Assembly: GCA_963769935.1 (NCBI GenBank)
Contig: CAVYNY010000017.1
Span: 160,036-224,035 of the forward strand
Origin: an uncultured delta proteobacterium
Lineage (GTDB): Bacteria; Desulfobacterota; Desulfobacteria; Desulfobacterales; JAFDCJ01
Reading direction: 5' to 3'
DNA length: 64,000 bases
The notes under the pieces are model-generated. The model had not been told where the DNA came from, made no database searches, and saw only the letters and a program-made list of their open reading frames with translations. Of the stretch, positions 56,271 through 64,000 are shown piece by piece (the stretch's first letter is position 1; each line of letters begins with the position of its first letter). The translations under genes were made by a program, and so were the position numbers.

Positions 56271-56694
56271 GCGATAGGCCGAACCAGGTTAAAAATTGGA
56301 AAAAGCCGCTCTCACGCAAAAGGGACGAACGACCAATCCCAAAGGTGATGACACGGATTTTCATGAGTAAAATTTCGGATTTACACCAACATGATATTTC
56401 GGTATAATCAAACCAAATTCTACAATATTCTCACCCGAAAAATTTAAAACCGCAGCGCGGTTTTACATATAAAATAAACAGCCTCAGATGCTAATGCTTC
56501 TATCTATACCTAAGTGCTCTTATTCATAATTACGGTGACGTATTGCAGTGATATTTTTTCACCACGGACACAGAGGACACGGTCCGCCGGAGATGAATTT
56601 CATTTCATTGGCCCTTGAGAGTCCCGCTGAACGGGATGCAAGCAAAGACAAATGAAAAACAAACAGACTATGGCAGAAAATAAAAGGGGGAGGA

Positions 56695-57657
56695 ATGAAG
56701 ATAGCCTTACTCGTTGACGGGGACAACATATCGCCTAAATACATGCCGGCAATTATGAGCGAAATACAGAAAAGGGGAACTTTGGCAATTAAGAGGATCT
56801 ATGGCGATTGGACAACTACCAGTATGCATGGATGGCAGGATTGCCTCAAGCAGTTTTGCATCCGACCGATCCAGCAGTTTCGGTATGGTGAGAATGCAAC
56901 GGATGGTGCCATTATAATGGACGCCATGGAAGTGCTGTTAACAACCGATCGAATTGATTGTTTTTGTATCGTTTCCAGCGACAGCGACTTTTACAGTCTC
57001 TGTCTGAGGATCAGAGAACACGGAAAAGCCGTCATCGGTATCGGCAACAAAAAAACCAAGGATGTTCTGATAAGGGCATGTGATGAATTTGTCCGTCTGG
57101 AAAATCTCAGTTTGGAAGAACAGAAAAGCACCAAAGATAGGGATGAAGAGCTATCGGATCCCGAGACCCTGCTTATCAGAGCTTACACTGAATGCTCCGG
57201 TGACGAAGAATGGGTATCTTTTGCCAGTTTGGGATCTATCGCCAGAATGATCGACCCAAGTTTCGATCCCAGAACATACAACCATTTTAATTTCAGATCT
57301 TTGCTAAAAAGCCTGGATATATTCGAGATAAGAAAAGATCAGTGCCTGCCTCCGAATTACTTTTGTCGCCTGAAAGAAAAACCGGAGGCTGAGAGGATTA
57401 AGAAACAAGAGGGCATGATAAAAAATATGCTCTCATGGTATGGCTTTATCCAGGGTCATGATGGTGATTACTATTTTACGCTGTCGAACATCAGCGGGCA
57501 CCAAAAGAGTTTACGGATTCAAAAGGGAATGAAGGTATTATTTGACGTGATTAAGCCGCCTGACCCGTCAGCTTCAGATACTTCTGAAAAAAATGGAAAA
57601 GCCGGCAATGTTGAATTTATAGATGTTGCCAGGCAAAATGCTGCAATCGCAGAATAA
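56695..57657 (+). CDS. NYN domain protein with OST-HTH/LOTUS and cold-shock-like domains
   Basis: ALLVDGDN, RIYGDW, VSSDSDF; PSFDPRTY; YGFI...DYYF. Confidence 0.88.
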   Translation: MKIALLVDGDNISPKYMPAIMSEIQKRGTLAIKRIYGDWTTTSMHGWQDCLKQFCIRPIQQFRYGENATDGAIIMDAMEVLLTTDRIDCFCIVSSDSDFYSLCLRIREHGKAVIGIGNKKTKDVLIRACDEFVRLENLSLEEQKSTKDRDEELSDPETLLIRAYTECSGDEEWVSFASLGSIARMIDPSFDPRTYNHFNFRSLLKSLDIFEIRKDQCLPPNYFCRLKEKPEAERIKKQEGMIKNMLSWYGFIQGHDGDYYFTLSNISGHQKSLRIQKGMKVLFDVIKPPDPSASDTSEKNGKAGNVEFIDVARQNAAIAE

Positions 57658-57759
57658 TGGCTGATAGAACCTGATATTTCACTGGAATGCGAATTGGCCG
57701 GTGCTGGGCTTGTTCCTTGTATGCAGGTTCCACCCCGATTTGGCGATTTACCGGATTTC

Positions 57760-58272
57760 TCATGAAAGACGGTCGAGGGGACTTAAAACAGCGGAGATGT
57801 CATTTTCCATGACATGTGTGTAGATCTCGGTGGTTTTAACCGTAAAGCATTTTGGCCATCAGAAGATGAGTACCTCCAATGTAGGAGATCACCCGCTGAA
57901 CCTTCGCTTGGGTCATCACAACAGGTGGCCGGGAATGCTTCTTGGCCCTGACCGGTTCAAGTTGATCTTCAATCGGCTGGTCGAGCACACGGCGGTACAA
58001 GAATACGATTGCGTTCAAGGCCTGTCGCTGCGTAGAGGCGGAAACCCTGCCTTGAGTGCCCAGATGGCTTAAAAAGGCGTCGATCTGGGTTTTCCCCATC
58101 TGAGCAGGGTGGGTCTTGCCTCCGTGAACTTGATGTATCGAAGTATCCAATCGCAGTAAGTCTGTTCAGTGCGATATGCGTAATGGTGGTAGCGCAGGAC
58201 CTCACGGACCTGGTCCAACAGTTTCAATTTCGGGTTGGGTTTGAATTTTGGCTTGTGATTGGTCTCCATCAT
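57760..58272 (-). pseudogene. intI: Integron integrase with a large internal deletion and a frameshift
   Basis: KLLDQVREVLRYHHYAYRTEQTYCDWI, VSASTQRQALNAIVFLY, LMAKMLYG joined directly to VKTTEIYTHVM...SPLDRL*. Confidence 0.9.
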
Positions 58273-58505
58273 GGCGTATATTGAATATAAAAACATGGAA
58301 AAAGCAAGATAAATTTTTCCATGTTTTTGTCCACTGTAACAAAATAGGTGGAAAATTTTCTATTCTATAAAGGCAATACCTGGAAAATTTTCCATATATT
58401 ACTCTGATAGGCGGACCGCGAGCTGAAGCTCGCTTGGCCTGCGGCCATCCGCCTATCGGGCTGCGAGATGAGCCAATTGAGCTTAATAGTCGTCGCTCGC
58501 GCTCC

Positions 58506-58639
58506 GCCTATCAAACTCAATCGAGCCGACCCCCTTCGGGCTTCGCTGCGCTCGGTCGGCTGGCACGGTAAATTGCGTTAAAAAACCAATGCAATTTCCG
58601 CCCCCAGCCGACTGCGGCTCATCTCGCAGCCCGTTGGAG
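58506..58639 (+). other. attC-like site (atypical R'' GCCTATC)
   Basis: GCCTATC...ATCGAGCCG pairs with CGGCTCATCT...GTTGGAG; internal palindromes. Confidence 0.65.
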
Positions 58640-58651
58640 GCATAATCGGTT

Positions 58652-59014
58652 ATGACACAAGCGGCATCCCAAGCATGGGCCTTTTACAGAGACGTAGCGA
58701 AAAATCAAAAGGTCTGGACTATACGTGATGAGGATGGATTCCCTGCTCCTAAGAACAGAGAGGGCATGCGTTCGCAACCCTTTTGGTCATCCTTGTCGCG
58801 CGTACAGAAGATAATCAAGAACGTACCAGCCTACGCCGGGTTTGAGCCATACGAAATTTCGTGGTCCGATTTCTGCCGATCATGGGTGCCAGGCATGACT
58901 AAGGACGGCTTGCTCATGGGTTTGAATTGGAGCGGTAAGAGAGCTCTCGGGTACGATCTTGAACCGAAGCAGGCCCAGGAATCCATTGAGGCCATAATGC
59001 AGGAGGAGCAATAG
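58652..59014 (+). CDS. Cassette gene, DUF2750-like protein
   Basis: VWTIRDEDG, PFWSS, GLNW; bounded by attC sites. Confidence 0.75.
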   Translation: MTQAASQAWAFYRDVAKNQKVWTIRDEDGFPAPKNREGMRSQPFWSSLSRVQKIIKNVPAYAGFEPYEISWSDFCRSWVPGMTKDGLLMGLNWSGKRALGYDLEPKQAQESIEAIMQEEQ

Positions 59015-59015
59015 C

Positions 59016-59120
59016 TCCCAACATGCCAGTGGAGCAGACGGCGTGAAGATCGCGGTTCATCGTAGGGACCATGCAAGATTGACAGTAATTGGGGCCGCTG
59101 CTCACCAGCGGACGTTATAT
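59016..59120 (+). other. attC site
   Basis: TCCCAAC...GTGGAGCAG / CTGCTCAC...GTTATAT directly after the stop codon. Confidence 0.82.
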
Positions 59121-59238
59121 TTACCATTTGATGCGGTCCAATATCTGAGCATCCTACGAATGCAAGGACAGAAAAGATCTTGGCTTTTTGCGTTGCCATT
59201 TCTTCTAAAAAGAAAGCTTGCGAGCAGGGTAACAGCTT

Positions 59239-60141
59239 ATGATAATCTATGATTTCTTCGTTAAACAGATACGTGTAAAGAACGCAAAAGAAGCATTGAT
59301 ACTATTGCTAAAGCTGATCGTCGCTTTTCTCATCGCCGACGAATTGTATAGTTCTTTCCTTCGTTTTTCATGTTTGCTGCAGACAAAAGGCATCGATAAA
59401 GCAAATGGAATCATTATCTTAGGCCTGAAATACGCGCTATTTATTTTTATCATCTATCTATCTTATCGCTTAAGAAGGCGTCTTAAGGCCAAAGGCCATT
59501 TAAAAGACGCAATTGGTCTATTGGTGATACTGCTGATACTGATATTTTTATCTAATCAGTCCTTGTTGGGCATTTATTATATTAATGGCCCCTATTGGGG
59601 AAAAGTGGTGGACGCGGACACAGGCGCACCCATTGCGGGTGCCAATGTAATGGGAGTATGGGAGCTTGAGTTCATTGTTGCTCCACAAGCTGCTACGACC
59701 TATGCCGATGTCCGCGAGACGATTACTGATGGCGAAGGAAAATTCTTTTTGCCGCCGGCACGGACACTGTTTTTTTTGCCCATTTCATGGATTTATCTGA
59801 AAGAACTAAGGGTCTATCATTCCGGTTATGATTCTCATCCTCCCAACATGCAAAGGGGCTGGTCGGATGCCGACAAGGAAAAGTGGCAAGCGAAATTAAT
59901 CAAAATACGCTCTATATATAATTATAAACTTCCTGTCGATTCAAATTATGTGAGTGCGTTTAAAATCGTCCCTCAAAACATCAAAATATACAAACCGACA
60001 GTCATCAGGCTCAATAAAGCGTTAACAGACAAGGAGCGGCGAAAGGCAGCAACATTTGGGTTTTGCTTTAGCTATATGTGCTGTGATGATTTAAAAATTA
60101 AGAAGTTTAAAGCCGCTGTAGAACGAGGGAGGATCCAATGA
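59239..60141 (+). CDS. Cassette gene, membrane protein with carboxypeptidase-regulatory-like domain
   Basis: N-terminal TM helices; GKVVDADTGAPIAGANV, TDGEGKF; AT-rich. Confidence 0.75.
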   Translation: MIIYDFFVKQIRVKNAKEALILLLKLIVAFLIADELYSSFLRFSCLLQTKGIDKANGIIILGLKYALFIFIIYLSYRLRRRLKAKGHLKDAIGLLVILLILIFLSNQSLLGIYYINGPYWGKVVDADTGAPIAGANVMGVWELEFIVAPQAATTYADVRETITDGEGKFFLPPARTLFFLPISWIYLKELRVYHSGYDSHPPNMQRGWSDADKEKWQAKLIKIRSIYNYKLPVDSNYVSAFKIVPQNIKIYKPTVIRLNKALTDKERRKAATFGFCFSYMCCDDLKIKKFKAAVERGRIQ

Positions 60142-60211
60142 ACTATTTCAAGAGCGATTTATCAAAAAGAGATACTATTAAGATAACATGGCTGTTGTTT
60201 TTAGGAATCTC

Positions 60212-60319
60212 ATATAACAAGACGGATGCACCTGACAGGAAAAACTTGCGGGGTTTACCGTAAAATGTATTTGGGCCTCGAAGGCAGTGCCGACTGCAGG
60301 TGATCCGCAGACGTTATGC
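60212..60319 (+). other. attC site
   Basis: ATATAAC (exact reverse complement of the cassette start GTTATAT)...ATGCACCTG / CAGGTGAT...GTTATGC. Confidence 0.85.
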
Positions 60320-60437
60320 CAACTATAGCCGGATAATATTGTGAGTATTTTTTATATGGTAAAAAGGGATACACCTAAACTTATTTGGGCGATCATTATT
60401 TTTTATCTGAAGGACAAGGGGGTCGCATCTAAATTAT

Positions 60438-62698
60438 GTACGAGGTCGCGAGACCATTATCTAGTAACCTGAAAGGAGGTTATCATATCAGTTGCCCTTA
60501 TGGATATGAAGGCAGAGGGCGGGTTCGCGTGGTAACACGCGGGCTGAACTTGCCCCGACACGGTACCGAGACGGCTCGCAGGATATGCGGGTTTTACCCA
60601 GTCAGGGGTGCCGGCCAAAACCGCAGGCCGTAGCATGACGCGAATGGTGCAGCCTCGTAAGATGTGATCGGACGGCTATAGCTGGGAGAGTCCGATTGAG
60701 GGATAAACCCTGCATCGCAGGGATACCCGCCGATCCTCTATAATTTGGGAGAAGGCCAGAGCTACCAGGGAAGCAAAGGGTATGCGCACCTGGTAGGGAC
60801 CCGGGGTAAGGCCAACGGCATGCGGTGACAGATAATGGAGGAAAGACCTGAGATCCCAGCGTCTCCGCAGGTCTCCGCCTGCGGTAAGCCTGTATCAAGT
60901 CGGGTGAAACCGGCAAGATGGAGGTGATGGGCGTAGGGAAGTCGGAGTGGCCTGGAAGTGATGACGGGCAGGACAACATAACCTGTCTCTGAGCGTGGGG
61001 CCATACTTCGACCGCGTTTAGGGTGTGAGTTGAAATGCGGAACAGTGGATAGATTTGAGGGTGAGGATAAGGTGCGGGTTTACGGGGACCCCGCTTTAAC
61101 AAAACCCAACCGGCAGTCGTTGGGGAACGGTGCGACAACCGGGCCAAGAACTCGAACTGTCCCGAATCATCATCGGTTTAAACACCAGTTGCATTTCTAT
61201 CTGGTAACAGTAAGAAGGCATGAGTGCTCAAGGAGCTATGAACGTGCGGAATAAAGTTTCTGACTTGCAGTCTAAACTGTCCCATGCAGCGAAGCAGTCG
61301 CTGGATAGGAGATTCGGGGCTCTTTACGATAAGATCTATCGTGAAGATGTTGTTTTGGAGGCCTGGAAGCGCGTCAAGGCCAACAAGGGTGCACCTGGAG
61401 TCGATCGGCAGGATTTTGAATACATCGAGGATGTAATTGGTGTGGATCAATTTCTGGCGGAAGTCCGCGAGCAATTAAAAAGCAAGCGGTACCGGCCGCA
61501 GCCAGTGCTGCGGTGCTATATCGACAAACCGGGCAAACCTGAGAAAAGGCCGCTTGGGGTTCCGGTTATTTTTGACCGCGTTTGCCAGATGGCGACCAAA
61601 CTGGTAATCGAGCCGATATTTGAGGCCAATTTTTTGGATTGTTCTCACGGATTTCGTCCGGGGCGAAGCGCCCATGACGCGATCCGTATAATAGAACGCA
61701 GGATTACCTTCAAAGGTCAGCGCATCGTTTTTGACGCCGATATAACGGGATTTTTCGACAATATTCGCCAGGATATTCTACTGGAACTGGTTGAACGCCG
61801 CATCGCTGATGCTCGTGTTTTAAAGTTAATTCGCATGTGGTTGGAAGCCGGGGTCATGGAAGAGGGCAAATATATCGAAACGAACGGGCTGGGAACTCCG
61901 CAAGGTGGTGTAATTTCACCGTTGCTGAGCAATATCTATCTACACTCGTTTGACAAAATGTTCCAGATGTCGGGAATTCCAGGAACACTGGTAAGATATG
62001 CGGATGATTTTGTTATCTTGCTGTGGCGTAACGGAAAGCAGGTTAAAAAGCAGGTGGAGCAGATGCTGGGACGTCTTGGCTTGAAGCTGCACCCGGATAA
62101 AACGCGTATGGTTAAAGCGAAAGACGGGTTTGATTTTCTCGGCGTGCATTTGCGTCTGTGTCCGGTGCGCAAGAAGAACTCGAAATTAAAGCAGTTCTGC
62201 GCATTATGGCCTTCAGAGCGTTCGATGGGGCGCATCAGGCAGCGAGTGAAGGCAAGTCATCGGGCGCCGCTATAGTCTGTCGCTGGAGGAGTTGATAAAA
62301 GAGCTGACACCGGTAATACGGGGTTGGAACAATTATCACAAAGCGACAAGACCGGTGCTCAAAGGGCTTCGCAAACTCAATGCCTTTGTCCGCGAACGGC
62401 TGCGAATATTCCTGAAGCGGAAGTACAGTGATCGATCGAGGGGCACTTGGAGAGTCCACAACAATTTAGTTGTTCGACTGGGATTATACCAGTTCGGTTA
62501 GTCACTGTAATTCAACGACAACGGTTACTGATAAACACATGGGGAAGGTCGTCGGTGAGCCGTACCGGGGAAAACCCGACGTCCGGTTCGACGAGGGGAC
62601 TAAGGGAAGGAAGGTAGGGCTGTCGGACTGAGGCCTGCCGGGAAATCGGCAGAGGTGCCGCCGACGCCTATAGCCACTGCACCAAGGTTCTACTCTAC
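60438..62698 (+). mobile_element. Group II intron
   Basis: 5' GTACG (GUGYG variant) then AGGTC pairing with GACCT at 60845-60849; domain V GAGCCGTACCGGGGAAAACCCGACGTCCGGTTC from 62557; 3' end CTACTCTAC; RT ORF inside; EBS-IBS complementarity. Confidence 0.88.
61220..62501 (+). CDS. ltrA: Group II intron reverse transcriptase/maturase (frameshift near 62255; no endonuclease domain)
   Basis: KGAPGVD, RPLGVP, GFRPGRSAHDA, GTPQGGVISPLLSNIYL, RYADD, GFDFLG; domain X (PVIRGWNNY) in the next frame. Confidence 0.92.
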
Positions 62699-62704
62699 AA
62701 AGTG

Positions 62705-62733
62705 TTGACAAGGCCATGCCGTTAAGATAGCGT
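62705..62733 (+). promoter_or_regulatory. Possible sigma70 promoter for the transposase
   Basis: TTGACA-17 nt-TAGCGT, 50 nt before the ATG. Confidence 0.5.
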
Positions 62734-62783
62734 GCGAAAAACAAAAGAAGATGCTTTTTAGCGAAACAAAAAGGTATTTTTGA

Positions 62784-63233
62784 ATGGCGCGGCCGTTAAG
62801 AATAGAATTTCCGGGTGCTTTCTATCACGTGATGAATCGCGGAAACACGGGAATGAATATATATAGGAGCGAGCGGGACCGGGAAAAGTTCTTGGAATAT
62901 GTCGGCGAGGCGGTGAAACGATACGGAATCAAGGTGCATACCTATTGCCTGATGACCACGCATTATCACTTTTTGATAGAAACTCCCCATGCGAACCTGA
63001 GTCAGGCGATCAAATGGATCAACGTCGGTTATTCGGTGTATTTCAATCGAAAACGAAGACGCTTCGGTCATCTGTTCCAAGGGCGCTTCAAAGCCGTGCT
63101 GGTGGACGCGGATGAATATTTAAAGCACCTGTCCCGATATATCCATCTGAATCCGGTGCGGTCGAGGATGGTTGAACATTGCAGAGACTATCCATGGAGC
63201 AGTTACCGGGCTTTAAGCGGCTATAGAATATAG
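62784..63233 (+). CDS. RAYT-like Y1 (HUH) transposase, probably C-terminally truncated
   Basis: MARPLRIEFPGAFYHVMNRG, YCLMTTHYH (HUH), GHLFQGRFK, YIHLNPVR. Confidence 0.88.
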   Translation: MARPLRIEFPGAFYHVMNRGNTGMNIYRSERDREKFLEYVGEAVKRYGIKVHTYCLMTTHYHFLIETPHANLSQAIKWINVGYSVYFNRKRRRFGHLFQGRFKAVLVDADEYLKHLSRYIHLNPVRSRMVEHCRDYPWSSYRALSGYRI

Positions 63234-63282
63234 GGGAATATAGGGGACGGGTATTGATATATTGATTAAGCAGCAACAAATC

Positions 63283-63411
63283 ACCCAACCAAAATGATTG
63301 AGCAGATGCCTAAAATCAGATTGTATTAAATCTGTTGCAATCTTTGGAATTGTATTTTTTATTTGAACTATTACGCGATTAATCCGGCCCTGCTCATCAT
63401 CGTCGTTATGT
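63283..63411 (+). other. attC site
   Basis: ACCCAAC...ATTGAGCAG / CTGCTCAT...GTTATGT. Confidence 0.75.
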
Positions 63412-63432
63412 CCCAACAAACATGGTGGAGCT

Positions 63433-63927
63433 ATGACAAACATCCGACCGTTTCAAGAACCTGATTGGCCCGCTGTTTGGGAGATACTTGAGCCAGTCTT
63501 TCGGGCTGGAGATACCTATAGCTTTGCCTCTGATATTTCGGAGACAGAGGCACATCAAGCTTGGATAGAGATGCCTGCGGCCACGTTCGTCTCCGAAGAT
63601 GGCCCGGGACAGGTCTTTGGCACTTATTACATAAAACCCAATCAACCGGGCCAGGGGGCTCACGTATGCAATTGTGGTTATGTTGTCGCTGAGGCCGCTC
63701 GCGGCAAGGGCATCGCATCAGCAATGTGTAAGCACTCCCAGCGAGAAGCCGTGAGCCGCGGATTCCGATCTATGCAGTACAACTTAGTCGTTTCAACTAA
63801 TGCTTGCGCTATCCATCTCTGGCAAAAACACGGCTTTGAAATTGTCGGCACGTTACCAAAGGCGTTTACCCACCCTACGCATGGTTTTGTCGACGCCTAT
63901 GTCATGTATAAGATACTTAAAACATAA
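63433..63927 (+). CDS. Cassette gene, GNAT family acetyltransferase
   Basis: ARGKGIA, QYNLVVSTN, LWQKHGF. Confidence 0.92.
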   Translation: MTNIRPFQEPDWPAVWEILEPVFRAGDTYSFASDISETEAHQAWIEMPAATFVSEDGPGQVFGTYYIKPNQPGQGAHVCNCGYVVAEAARGKGIASAMCKHSQREAVSRGFRSMQYNLVVSTNACAIHLWQKHGFEIVGTLPKAFTHPTHGFVDAYVMYKILKT

Positions 63928-64000
63928 TGAGCCTATCAACTCGGACAGCCAACAGCAGCGCTCCTTCTTCGCCCCATTTTTTGCTGCTGGTTATGGGCAG
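63922..64000 (+). other. attC site (cut by the window end)
   Basis: ACATAAT (near complement of the cassette start GTTATGT), ATCAACTC, CAGCCAACAGCAG...TTGCTGCTGGTTAT. Confidence 0.65.

Noticed and set aside
58561..58577. TGGCACGGTAAATTGCG as a sigma54 promoter for the cassettes
   Set aside because: GG-to-GC spacing is 11 nt rather than the required 10, and it lies inside an attC stem.
61220..62501. RT as a retron, DGR or defence RT
   Set aside because: Domain X, domain V/VI RNA motifs and EBS-IBS pairing indicate a group II intron; no template/variable repeat pair was seen.

Overview
Bacterial chromosomal segment whose gene content (multiheme cytochromes, system II cytochrome c maturation, sigma54 regulators, Mo-oxidoreductase) suggests an anaerobic deltaproteobacterium, probably Desulfobacterota (inference). 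In order: (1) 0.1-7.8 kb, a multiheme cytochrome c cluster (3, 7-8 and 20 heme motifs) around ResB/ResC-type maturation genes; (2) 7.9-12.9 kb, Fe-alcohol dehydrogenase, pirin, CDF transporter and several gene relics; (3) 13-26 kb, an acetate/propionate activation locus (acs, prpE, symporter-fused sensor kinase, cNMP-CBS-nucleotidyltransferase, DEDDh exonuclease fusion); (4) 26.6-39.3 kb, a divergent locus with a TauE transporter and sigma54 two-component system opposite an apparently cytoplasmic PhsA/PsrA-like Mo enzyme, Fe-S proteins and a flavoprotein (many frameshifts, possibly sequencing errors); (5) 39-55 kb, hybrid kinase, glutaredoxin/radical-SAM-like fusion, arylsulfate sulfotransferase with a TctABC transporter, split AsmA-like gene; (6) 55.4-64 kb, TIR and NYN genes, then an integron with an internally deleted integrase and five attC-like sites. 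One cassette interval holds a group II intron whose predicted EBS1/EBS2 pair with the motif upstream of a RAYT-like Y1 transposase. Intergenic spaces throughout carry inverted arrays of degenerate 7-9 nt repeats, some with nested ~100 bp inserts and one fused in frame into a kinase. All assignments come from reading motifs by eye; no database search was run.
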